NCBI GenBank assembly: GCA_965235115.1
Contig: OZ249440.1
Coordinates: forward strand, 14,694,001-14,758,000
Length of the DNA: 64,000 nt
Origin: Laetmonice hystrix
Taxonomy: Eukaryota
Direction of reading: 5' to 3'
This document shows positions 48,976 through 60,916 of this stretch, piece by piece. The translations under genes and the position numbers were made by a program. The notes below the pieces were generated by a model. That model was not told where the DNA came from. It was given only the letters and a program-made list of their open reading frames with translations, and ran no database searches. Position 1 is the stretch's first letter. Each line of letters begins with the position of its first letter.

Positions 48976-49862
48976 AAATCCTGAACCCAATGGTAAAATT
49001 CCGAAAGATATCACCTTCACTCTATTTTCAGTTGTTACCCGTGAAGAAAGCATTTTAGTAGTCTGTACCACAAATTGTAATTTTGGGCCATCGTACTTTT
49101 GTGAGTAGTACCTACAAATGGTGAATGATATCAGGCTTTTTTAGCTTGTAAATTGAGTAATACTCCTTTCTTGCAATTTTACTCATCTTTGAGGTCACGT
49201 GACTCCCTTAATATAGGTCAAATCGCTCATCCCAAAACGTTCCTGTACTGAGGCCACTAATGTCCTTGCTTGAGTTCAGTTTTATGGAATTTCTTCAAAA
49301 TTTGTGGGACTAGTAGGGATTTAAGTAACTGCAACATTTTGACCTTAGTGTCATATAGGTCAAAGGTCAAAGGTCAAATTGACCAAACAAAATTTAGGGG
49401 ATCATGTCCCAATAACAATGGTATGAGTTGTTTAAAAAAAATCTTCATTTTCAATGAAATATTGGCCTTTATATATGGAACCATTAGTACGTCATAACTC
49501 CATGACGTTACGTCATATGACGTCATAACTCATTTGCATAGTAGAGAATCCCAGTACCTATCTCCCCACCAAGTTTCATTAAGATATCTTAAAAAATGAC
49601 CAAAATACGACCATGGGTTAACGACTACTACTACTACTACTACTACTACACCCTACATGTATAATAATAATAGGGAAGATGAAACCATACAACTTCAAGA
49701 TCCCATCCCCTTCAGGGGGGATGGGATAATGAATAATACGTATGTAAAGGAGCTTCCACAGTCCGATCCAGCAGAGTGCCCATGTGAGTTGACAAACATA
49801 GAATACGACTTTTGGAAGACGACCTTGGGAGTTTTCCGGTCATTCCACAATCAGTACTAGAT

Positions 49863-49957
49863 ATTAACCTGTGGCCGAGCAGACAGGGCCGATATCCAGG
49901 CGAGCCGAAGGCGAGACTGGATATCAGGCCCTGGTCTGTGAGGGACCACAGGTTAAT
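49863..49957. repeat. Palindromic foldback element with a cgagccgaaggcgag centre
   Basis: Arms attaacctgtggcc..cagacagggccgatatccag / ctggatatcaggccctggtctg..gaccacaggttaat. Confidence 0.75.
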
Positions 49958-50629
49958 GTCTGGCATACACACCACGGGATCAAACCGAACTGACCAAGTG
50001 TTGAGGCATGAGAACACCCCTATTTTGGCAGAAAGTTACGATATCAAAACTTGGATTCGTCCGTCTGGACAATGCAGGTCCACGCAAAGGTGATTGGCCA
50101 CCAACACGGTGGCACAACTTGGACACTTGACACGTGGACAAAACAAATCCACGCAAAGGTGAAGGTCACGAACACGGCGGCGGGGCGGTGTTGAAGAGTC
50201 GGCCCGTAGTACGGTGGCCCAAAAGTAGAAACTCCACAACCTCATTCCTCTACTCGACGGCCTCATTCATTCACTCCATGGGCCCAATTTTCTTTCACTC
50301 GACCGCACCACCGTACCTAGGACTATTTTGGTTCTGCCTATACGACTACAAATGTTGCCTTGCATTGGGATTCCGATTTCACTGATTCTATCAATAGGCC
50401 TACAATTATCCTACTTAATTCAGATTCTAAATTCCTATAGCGTTAATTTTATGTTGTGTCAGCTTCTTCCTAAACAGTCGTAATATTCTATATTTTGCGT
50501 TTTTAAGATAACACAAGTGTAAATTTTAAGTTGACAATATTGACAAAATTTCATCGAACTCAAGAAAAAATAGGGGGTTTGTCATTTTCTAGCGAAATAC
50601 CCTCCATTAACCTACGGGTACTATCATTT

Positions 50630-51000
50630 AAAGCCCCGAGCGTTATCGAGGGGGTTTCTGGTTAATGTTCTGAATTTACAAATCGAGAAAAAAATACGAG
50701 ACAAAGTAGAGGATTTTTTTCGAGAGAAAAAATAATCAACCGAGGGGTGCTATCAATAAACCCCCGAGCGTTAGCGAGGGGGGTTATTGATAGCAACACG
50801 AGGAAAAACAAGATTTCAACCTTGCAAGGTAGAAGCTTACTAGCTTTAGCGAGGGCGTTCATGTTCTGAATTGACAATTCGAACAAAAAAAATATGAGAC
50901 AAAGTAGAAGATTTTTTTAGAGAGAGAAAAAAATCAACCGAGGGGTGTAAACCCCCTCGTTAACGCGCAGGGGTTTATTGATAGCAACACTAGAAAAAAA
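50630..51000. repeat. Short tandem duplication of hairpin-containing units
   Basis: Repeated gttctgaatt.acaa.tcga..aaaaaata.gagacaaagtaga.gatttttt segments and ctatcaataaacccccgagcgttagcgagg...ttattgatag hairpins. Confidence 0.6.
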
Positions 51001-51029
51001 ACAGGATTCTAACCTGGCAAGATACAAGC

Positions 51030-51232
51030 GACCAGTGTGGCCGAATGGGCAGGGACGCGGACCTGTGATCAGCAGATCGACGGTTCGAGTCCCACCAGTG
51101 CCTGGCACCTGTGCCAAAAAGGCGTAGGTAGTCAGTGACCACTGAACCATGGCGGCGATATCATGGCTAAAAATAGCCAAATATCAGACCCATGGTGTGT
51201 ATGTACAACAACTGTCGGAGTGACGTAAATAG
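51030..51232 (+). mobile_element. tRNA-derived SINE-like element
   Basis: A-box tggccgaatgg and B-box ggttcgagtcc at tRNA-like spacing, but no acceptor-stem pairing; followed by a body ending gagtgacgtaaa. Confidence 0.5.
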
Positions 51233-52276
51233 ATTGCCACATGTCACGGTCCCCGACTTTGGGATCTACCATGGCTCGTAAACCACCGGCTCCAGGACCC
51301 TCTGCTCATGATGAAAATTCTTCCTTTGGGGTTAATCTTTCATTAGGACCTCACAAAGAGGACTAATGTCGACGTGGAACCAAGGGCCCCACCCATCGAC
51401 CAGCCTTGGCCAACCATGACGGTACAGACCGCCACGATAACTGTAGTCAGTGGCTTTCATGTTGTTAGAAGTAGGACGTTTATTCTGATTGGGGGCCTAG
51501 ATCCACGTTCAAGTCAGTGCAGCGGCAAACCATACAAATCTTCTCTGGCCCATGCTTCCTCCCCATGGCAATTATAAGGATCATTCCGACGGACAGATAT
51601 AGTATAGAGGGTGATATCCATCTGGTTTGTGCTACCGTTGAGTGCACGTCCTTGGTCACCAATGTTTGTCGATCAAACACATGCGGCAAGACAGCCTTTG
51701 GGTATAATTAGGGTCATCAACCCGAATCAAACTAAAGCAAACAGCGACGCAATAACAAAGAAAATTTTGATCTGTTGTTTAGATAGAACATCGCCGCACA
51801 GCACTGGTTGGCCGTGCACTGTCACCCTCAAATGTTTGCCCTTACTGTTGGCAGCCGACTTTGCCGACAGACCGTCTGTTTCTGATAGGTGGTGAAGATA
51901 CGAGTCCAAGAACAAGACATGGCAGGTGAAAGTGGTCACACACACTCAAACATAGAGAAACAGTCGTATTGAGAGACGATCGAGGCAGCATATCGATTGT
52001 CACTTCATCTGTTGTCATGAAAGATCTGGCAATCAACAAACCAGAAAGTATGCATTCTTTATCGGATCTCTGACAGTAATCAAATACTTATGGGATATTG
52101 TACTCCCATTAGCCCTTGGTTCTCACCACGACCACGACAGGATTTCTTTTTACGCTTTCGGCTAGTAACAACTAATTGTTTCCGATCGTTAAAAGCGAAA
52201 CCTACACCCAGAGAGTACATGACAATCTTTTAGATTTCGATTGGGATTAAACACCTCCGCAAAAACCAGAACATAT

Positions 52277-52400
52277 GGAGGCGGCCAGTTTTACTGGTGG
52301 CGGAAACCGAAGTACCCAGGGAAACCATCAACCAACAGCAGGTAGGTGATAACCATCTCACGTAGATGTGGCTCGAAGGGCAATCTCTTGTAATCTGTTG
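52277..52400 (-). mobile_element. SINE central-domain fragment
   Basis: ggcggaaaccgaagtacccagggaaacc resembles the widespread SINE core gggttttctccgggtactccggtttcctcc (reverse strand). Confidence 0.4.
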
Positions 52401-53176
52401 TCCTATAAAGGCGGCTGGCGTATGCAACGGTAGATTATGTCTGGCAGGAGATTTCCCCTGTTTAGGTCAGACAGGCCAGGTGTAGATTTCGTGCATTGTT
52501 ATGGAATGGCCAGATGGAATGGAAGTCTAGACTAGAATCACTCATTATCTATATTACCGGAAGATATAAAATATGGGCGAAATACTGCTGACATGATGTA
52601 AATAACCCTCCCCAAATCACTCGCTCTGTCTGTGGCATCTATTCACCTACACATAACCCGTGTGTTGCCTTAAAACTTTGCCTGCGAGCTCTCTCGGTCG
52701 GCCATCCTTTGTGAGTGAATGGCCGTGTAGTTTATTGATTATTTCCATTAGAATGTAGCGGCTGATTCCCTGGTGGGTGGGCCGGTGAGCGGCGGGTCCG
52801 AACTGTGGCGGTGGACACGACAAGAGGCTAGCCCAGGTGGACGCAATGTTTTTGTCATTTGTACACCATTACGGTCCGACCAGAAGGGGTTCATCTGGTG
52901 GTAACAGATGATGTGTCCACCCCACCACGGTCATCCCCACCCTCCAGTGGCGTCCACATGTGTAGAAAATAGCCGGACCAAGCACGCAGGCCCATTGTCA
53001 ATTATCAGCTATAATCCCCCCTGGCACGGATTTCGCATAAACAGGATAAAAACGACATAGGATTTGCCAGTCCGTTACAGACTGGTCATGTATGTGGTTT
53101 GGTTTGGAATTACATTGAATGCATTCTGATTTATTAAAGATGTTTTCGTTACCTTCTGTTTACAGTAGATAATCCA

Positions 53177-53753
53177 CATAGGCGGCGGGAGAACATTTTA
53201 CCTGGGGGGCTGAATTGATGAGTTGTTGTACGTGATCTCAGAAGCTGAAGCATTCATAGGGCGAGGCATTCTCCAGAGGAATTTGAAATTGTACCTTCTT
53301 TTCCTGGCACTTGGTGCAGTTGGACAAAACAGAAAGAAAACAAAACGTCATTTTTATAGAATACTTAAACTCTTTCCTCTATTATTTACAATAGCCCCTA
53401 TGTGTTTAATGAAATAGATAAATCACGTGCCGACAACTTTCGGAGAAAAGGTCATCAGCAAATGACAAAATGAAATGCGTGCTGTATAAAATGCCTTTTA
53501 TATATACTCGCAACTTTGGCTCAGTGTGAAGATGGCATTTGCCAAATGGCTCTTATACTCGTCCATATTTGGAATAAAATACATATTTCAAGTGGGTGAG
53601 CGGGTGTTTGGGCTCAAATACATAGTGTCACAAGCGGAATGACAGCCCTGGCCTGGGGGGGGGGGGGGTCGAGGGACATTCCTGCCCCCAACATTGAAAC
53701 CTGGGGGGGGGGGCTGGCGCCCCCCCCCCCTGCCCCCTGTTCCACCGCCTCTG
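53177..53753. mobile_element. hAT-like non-autonomous element with a 6-bp TSD
   Basis: Ends cataggcggcggga / gttccaccgcctctg with poly-G/C subterminal tracts; aatcca at 53171-53176 and 53754-53759. Confidence 0.6.
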
Positions 53754-54310
53754 AATCCAGTGTGAAAACTCTACCCGTTATACACATACAACAAATGAGA
53801 CCACGGGGCAGCAACTGACAAAACGAGCCCCTCTGACAGAGCCGAACAGATTAAAGCAGATTGTATTTATGTAAGTGGCGCGTTGGATTCAGGGATGTGC
53901 ACAGCAACCGACTGGCGGCTGAAGTGTTAAAGGCATTCAGGATTTCCTTCAATGACTCGCCCTAGGGTGTGTTGAGGTCCGAGTGCCTGCTGACAGAAAT
54001 GCCAAGTAGACAATCTGCACAAAGCAGTCTATTGGAGAGCGTGTTATGGCCCCAAGACGTTCTATAGCAAGCCTGACGTGTCCTGTCACATTTTGCCATT
54101 CGATTGTTCTAGAGACTATATCAATGCATACAATCTTTCCGGACAAAGCACAAAAAATGACATGTGACATAATTTAATTATCTTCCTCTTCTTCGCTAGA
54201 ATTTCCATCTGGGTAATCTTTGTACGGCTTTAATGTACCTTTCCACATCCGTCAAAATGTGCTGGTCTGAGGGAGCTTCAACCTTGTGTGTTTTTGTGCC
54301 GGAAACGTGT

Positions 54311-54915
54311 AACGAGACGCGACCTATAACGTCAGTCTCGAGCTGTCATAATCTCCCAGCAGAATCACATTCACAAACTGTTGTCCCAAACCACCTTCCG
54401 TTCTGTGTTAGAACGAGACGCGACCTATAACGTCAGTCTCGAGCTGTCATAATCTCCCAGCAGAATCACATTCACAAACTGTTGTCCCAAACCACCTTCC
54501 GTTCTGTGTTAGAACGAGACGCGACCTATAACGTCAGTCCCGAGCTGTCATAATCTCCCAGCAGAATCACATTCACAAACTGTTGTCCCAAACCACCTTC
54601 TGTTCTGTGTTAGAACGAGACGCGACCTATAACGTCAGTCTCGAGCTGTCATAATCTCCCAGCAGAATCACATTCACAAACTGTTGTCCCAAACCACCTT
54701 CTGTTCTGTGTTAGAACGAGACGCGACCTATAACGTCAGTCTAGAGCTGTCATAATCTCCCAGCAGAATCACATTCACAAACTGTTGTCCCAAACCACCT
54801 TCTGTTCTGTGTTAGAACGAGACGCGACCTATAACGTCAGTCTCGAGCTGTCATAATCTCCCAGCAGAATCACATTCACAAACTGTTGTCCCAAACCACC
54901 TTCTGTTCTGTGTTC
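54311..54915. repeat. 101-bp tandem array, 6 copies
   Basis: aacgagacgcgacctataacgtcag... recurs at 54311, 54412, 54513 and onward. Confidence 0.95.
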
Positions 54916-56763
54916 TGAGGCGTCCAGTTATTCACCAGCAAAGTGACCGAGGATTTCATCAACGTCAAACCGAGAAACTACTCCTGTGTCGACCTTTCTA
55001 CACTTCGTCTGGTATCTGTTTAAACGGCAACCATTTGTCTAGGTCACTTTCTTCATTATGTATTCGACTGTAATCAGGAGATATTAATATCTCCCGATTA
55101 GTAATAGTACAGTCAATTGTTAGAAGAGACTTTCAATTGTCCTGCAGTAAAATATTAACCAAGAGGATGCCGCGGTTCGGCACCTTGGCCATGGGGGTTT
55201 TAACTTCCCCATAACGACCAGGCGGATTAATGCAGTTCCCAGTAGAAGACGTGACGTGAAAGGTAGAGACTCTCGGGCGACAAAGCAATGGTGGTTTGAG
55301 CATGTGTTCCCGAGATTAGGGTAGCTCCGAGACCTTCCATTTGGTGAATCACATTCGATTAAGAGTGAATTCTAATTCACATGAACTCAATTTGGTTGAT
55401 AACACTTTAATGTCGGTCTAAGTGAAATCGCAAATAATTAAACAATCTATCACATTGACGTGGAGGAGAAAGTCCACGGGGCATCATTGGGAGAGATAAA
55501 AAAAACTCTTCTTCTCAAGACTGGAAGTACGACCAGCCTTGCTTAATAAATACTGAGATATGCCCCTTCCAATGCCCCAAGGTTTTAATGACAATGATTA
55601 TTTACTTCGCCCTTTAAATAAAATTTCTATAAAGACCACCATGCCACTCTCACTCCTTCACCATATGAGCACGCCCCCCCCCCTACACACAGACCCCCCC
55701 ACACACACACACACACCCTACACACACACACACTTCGCCCCCGTGTTCCATTGGAAGACTCAAAGATTTGCTACCTTCCCTACTCCATATCACATACCCA
55801 CCACAACCACAGACACAACCACAGACACAGTCCTCAGACCTGAATATACAGCTTCTTTAAGGCACTGTCTCTTTTACACAATAACACAATAAATCCATCT
55901 TTTTTGAACCAGTAACCTACTCCAGCGCTGTCTGCCGTTGCAGCAACCATTCCGTCAAATTTCAATGAACTACATAATAAGATAGAAGAACGCCGGAAAA
56001 TTACGATGGCGCACAACAATTACGTCTTTCACCGAACAAACGTTGTCATAGAAAGCCCGCCACAATTCGGAATATAATTTTAGGGATGTTTCGGCTGAGT
56101 TCTTCGGCGTTCTTTCATAGGGTCTTTTCTTCTCGCGAAAGAAAGAGTAATTGTAAATAATGAAGGTGCCAGTGAAATAGAAGACCTATATAACTTACTG
56201 TCTGCCTGGAGTTGTTGCGGCTCATTGATCTACACACGACATGACGCACCTATTGTCCACAACGACATCCAGTGGTACCTTTACAGCAATTTATTTGTTC
56301 CCCAAGTCCAATTTCTATTTACCATCCTGTTTGAATCAGGAAAGCTGCCATGAGAAATTAATGACAGGAGAAACCTAACAATAGATGACTTCTAACCTCG
56401 CGTTGAATGGATCCATTCCGTTACAAGAATACGCACTTCAATACCCCGCCCACCTATCCTGGCTTCAGGGAACGCAAAATCACCTTCTTTAGGCATTGCC
56501 GCATTAGTGTACCCAAGTGTACGTTACATAATGCGCCTATGTTCTTCGTAATCTGGATTGATTCTCAAGTATAATTTTCAGTGCTACTTTCTCCTGATAT
56601 GGTCACTTTAGACTAATGTTAATAGAAAAAGCTCAGTCCACTTTATATGGTTGAATAGAATGACCATTCAATCCCGCAACCCTAAGAACGGGAGTCTGAA
56701 TGTGTCTCAATGTCTTCACTACAATCCTGGCCTTCTGCAACTCCTGCCTGGTCCTTATGGCTA

Positions 56764-57200
56764 TTTCCATGCACTACTTAGTCCGTGGTGCATTGGTGTG
56801 GTGTACGTGATCCTTCTGACCATTTCCATGCACTACTTATAGTCTGTGGTGCCTTAGTGTGGTGTACGTGATCTTTCTGACCATTTCCATGCACTACTTA
56901 GTCCGTGGTGCCTTAGTGTGGTGTACGTGATCCTTCTGACCATTTCCCTGCACTACTTAGTCCGTGGTGCCTTAGTGTGGTGTACGTGATCTTTCTGACC
57001 ATTTCCATGCACTACTTAGTCCGTGGTGCCTTAGTGTGGTGTACGTGATCCTTCTGACCATTTCCATGCACTACTTAGTCCGTGGTGCCTTAGTGTGGTG
57101 TACGTGATCTTTCTGACCATTTCCATGCACTACTTAGTCCGTGGTGCCTTAGTGTGGTGTACGTGATCTTTCTGACCATTTCCATGCACTACTTAGTCTG
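56764..57200. repeat. 59-bp tandem array, about 7 copies
   Basis: Unit ccatttccatgcactacttagtccgtggtgccttagtgtggtgtacgtgatccttctga. Confidence 0.95.
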
Positions 57201-57358
57201 ACCGTTTTCAGGCATCAGGCATTGTCTGCATCATTATGAAAAGTTTCATACCATTTAAACCATACACTTCTGTAAATCCATCGATGTACAGCCGGACGGA
57301 CGGGCGGATGGCGCGAGGACGAATTAGAAGCCCCGCCCCTTCGGGATGGGGCTAAAAA
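57200..57358 (+). mobile_element. 3' end of a second HINE/Helentron-like element
   Basis: aagtttcat (57241), aaaccatacacttc (57257), (CGGA)n microsatellite, GC hairpin agccccgccccttcgggatggggct (57329-57353), then aaaaa. Same parts as 49560-49730. Confidence 0.5.
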
Positions 57359-57984
57359 CGGGTCAAGTCAGTTCAATCAACACCGACCGACAGTGCTCGG
57401 TCAGCAGTCGTGGTAAACATGAGGCAATTTGGGTAAATCTTGGGTTGGATAGAATAGAATCCAAGTAGATCCCTAGAACCCCTCATCTAAACCCCCCGCC
57501 TTAAAGTAGTCAGCATTCAGGAGCTGGTCTTCGATCACAGCTCCTAACTCTGGGGTGAGTGAGAAAATATCTCACACACGCTTTCTTGAGAATACTCGCG
57601 TCCTCCTTCCTCTGTCCAAACCGTCGCAGCTTGGCTTCTTAAAGATACTAGAAGACAAGCTGATTTTTTTACTAAAATCTTTCCCACTTCTTCTAGAGGG
57701 TCTTCCTCTATACATAAAACTTTTCATCCTTGACACTATTTTACCTTAGTAAGTCTCTATTCGCCCGTGATAGTCACAAATTCAGAGCTGGCCAGGTCTA
57801 GTGGAATCCTATTCGTTACGAATGACATTCTCCCTGTGTCACAGAACTGGGTCATATTTAGATTAGATACATCACATCATGAGTGGACACGATGAGAGAA
57901 AATGGATGTAACATTATGACCGAGAAGTCCTACACACAAGAAAAGAGTTTTAGTAATGCAAACAACCATGAATTGTTTTCCTGT

Positions 57985-58019
57985 GCCCCCTCCTTAGTGA
58001 AATCCTGGGTCCGCCAGTG
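57985..58019 (-). mobile_element. Terminal fragment of the 28360 MITE family
   Basis: Reverse complement cactggcggacccaggatttcactaaggagggg is nearly identical to 28360-28392. Confidence 0.6.
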
Positions 58020-59132
58020 CTATGGCCTTGTAAGTTGATGACGTGCACCTCGTCCCCATATAGGTGAGATAATGCACTATGAAGTTGCAACAGAAGTGAA
58101 TTATAACATCAGAGCAGCCGGACAAGCCTCTCGACTTGACGCGTGCCTCAACTAATGGAATTCTACTTATACATACATTCTGGGGGTTCCTCGCCCATCG
58201 ACCCTTCCCACTTTGTTAGATTTACTTTTCTTTACTGCTTTAACATATCTGAAAACGGGACGTTTCTTGTGATTGTGGTGAACGGGATCCCTTGATACCG
58301 ACAGCGAATCTGTTCGCAACATCAAATAGATTGACTCATTACGCGTCATATCCATGTTCGACTGGAGAGTGTCGGATCACACAGGCGACACCATTCGTGG
58401 TGCTCTATCCTTCTGGGTGTGTCTAAATTGGCGAATCCTAGCAAATCTCCGAACAGCACTGGAGAAAAACCCTACTGCCCGATTATGATACCCATCAGTA
58501 ATTGTAACCTTTAATAAGGTAATAAGGTAATTTTATGGTCGCGCGTATTTCTACTGTACATTTCACTTTAGTAAACCACGCTCCAATTAAAGGAAATCAG
58601 CCCGAAAATTAAAAATAAACGCAGTCAATTCAACAAAACTTGAGCAAAAACAATTATTTTAAGGGGTTTCTATAGCAGTCTGGTATGTACCATAGCGCGT
58701 CCATGTCGACAATATTTTTAATTAATTAATTAAGCGTTTACCTATCTGGCTATAGAGACGAGAGCACGCGAATCAAATCATGCCCTTATTTGCATTATGG
58801 GGGAGGGCGGGCGCCGGGGAGGGGAGCAGTGCGAAGCAGCGCATTCGCACTGTGCGATAGGGCCGCCACGACCGCCATGACCGTTAGGGCGGCAATTTTC
58901 TAGGTTCTCAGTCCATTGAGATGAAAAATATGGAATGTATCGCCTCATTATGGCTCATAATCAACAACAAACCTAGCACAACAATGTTATGATTAGGACA
59001 GAATGTTTTATCAGTCCAGTGGGATAGATTCAAGATCAGGTAAGCTTGAAATACTTAAGATCACTTCTATTAAAAAATACTAACATCATCCTAAAGACAT
59101 CCCTAATATAAAAAATATATAAAAGTATAAGT

Positions 59133-59133
59133 A

Positions 59134-59169
<36 letters not shown>

Positions 59170-59170
59170 A
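59133..59170. repeat. (GAAA)n microsatellite
   Basis: Directly visible. Confidence 0.95.
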
Positions 59171-59199
59171 ATAATCTTGCCTCCTCATTTAGGTTTGAT

Positions 59200-59370
59200 G
59201 TATTTCTGGGTGCATTCTTTGGGATACTCTATATAGATCCGGCTTTACTACGACGATACTCCGACTAATTCTCGTTTGACATGAGGGTCGTATCGCAGTC
59301 GAATCGAACCCAGTCCCAATGTGGGACCTACGAAAAGCGCTTTCTGCTCTGATATTGGACCGCTCTTCTA
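59200..59370 (-). mobile_element. Degenerate tRNA-SINE-like fragment
   Basis: B-box ggttcgattc on the minus strand (59310-59301) with a weak upstream A-box. Confidence 0.3.
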
Positions 59371-60916
59371 TTTTCACACAAAATGGGAAACATTGAAAGT
59401 GTCCCCCCCCCGGCCGGAGGTTGGGGTAGGAGGCTGGATATAGCTCGATCGTTCAGTCATTTGAAAGCAAGCTGCGACTTTCCTTTCGCTGACCCCTGAG
59501 GCCGATTGGTCGCCCATTGGCCACGGGACCTTCATCCCGCAGCATGCAGCGCCCCCTACCGCAACACCCTCTTATTGGCTTCACGTGGCTGACAACATCA
59601 GAGGCAGTTGCGTTACAACGCGCCACTAGCGTTTTAGGTAAAAAAAACATAAGGGCTGTAGCGTTAGTAGGTTATTACTAGGTGAACCTGTTTCATATCA
59701 ATATGTCATGAATAGTGCACACGTTTGGAAACGTTTCCTGATCTGCCCAACATGGAGGAAACGTCTTGTCAGGGACGTTCTTTTGATTACGAGGTTATAA
59801 GGAAGTCGGTCTCTTTTAATCCTTAATCAAATAACTCCGGCGTAGTCAAATAAGTTAATCTATGCACCGTATTTTACAGACGCACGAACCTCAATCAAGC
59901 ACTCGTCAGTAAATCCACAGCAAGATGAATTCCTTATGTAAAATTCTGAATCTGGTCGTGGGTTTGCACGAATTTGTGTTGAGGCTACTCAAAGTGGTGC
60001 ACGTGCCCTGCTCGTGCGGAAGTCTTTAACGTCAAATCAGGACTGGAGTGGTGATGAAAGTGGGTCAGACAGAAAGAAACAACCCCCGGGTTGGTAACTT
60101 GTGACTATTTTATTGATCTCGTCGGTATTTGAGACATCTCTCTATTTGTGTATAATTGCGAGAATAGGGACCAAAGAACAGCAACCAGAGATTTCAAGTA
60201 TCATACAAATATGTATTACGATTATTTTCACCAGTTTACCTTGGAGAATAAATAACTCCGTCTTTCTCCATCCTATTTATCTACTGAATTCACCCTGCCC
60301 CCCCCCCCCCCCCCATGTCGACAGAGCGACTCTATCAACAGCCACGCGTAATCAGCCGCCCACAACGACAGCCCCTTTGTTCGCACAGTAATGAAGCGAT
60401 TAGCTCCGACCTCCCCTCGGGCCTATGCCAGTCTGGTGATCGGACAATTCTCCACAAGTACTTGAACCTCTCTTAGGCTATACCGGCCCCCTTGAAAAAA
60501 ATATCTGAATGAAATTGCAGCGTGGGTGGATTGCCCCGACGGTGAGCACAGCGGTTGTGATTCTAATGATGTGCTATAGCTTTGTAATCACAGATCTTCT
60601 CCCAGGATACCCTGGCAATGATAAAGTGAAAGATGCCAACATTCCTGGCCTCACGTTTGGCACTCCTTGCAATGCACTGACGGCGATTTTTTTTAAAGGA
60701 CGAAATTGGATTGGGAAGTTTGTTAACCCCTAGAGTCCCACTGCCACCTCATGCTGGACAAGTTACTTTAATACGCTACAAGGGTGCTGTATTTTTGTAA
60801 ACAATCCAAGTATCATATATACCAGATACTAGAAAGATGAGCAAGATGGTAATCTCATACTGTTGAGTGACTTCCGTCAAGGGGCACTTTAGAAATAGTC
60901 ACCACTGGTCGCCACG

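Larger units (their letters stand above)
43395..49730 (+). mobile_element. Helentron-associated non-autonomous (HINE/DINE-1-like) element carrying a central satellite array; 5' boundary uncertain
   Basis: In order: 5' palindrome atcaggcaatatctcctgatattgcctgat (~43399-43428), microsatellite, three diverged ~150-bp repeats (43960-44450), the 258-bp array, accaagtttcat (49569), (CTA)n (49624-49648), then a 3' GC-rich hairpin atcccatcccc-ttcagg-ggggatgggat (49700-49727) followed by A/T. Confidence 0.5.

Noticed and set aside
51030-51103. Functional tRNA gene
   Set aside because: A and B boxes are present but the acceptor and T stems do not pair; treated as a SINE head.
60300-60733. Possible + strand exons (ERLYQQPRV...; DLLPGYPGNDKVKDANIPG...)
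   Set aside because: No recognisable domain and no phase-consistent chain of exons could be built.
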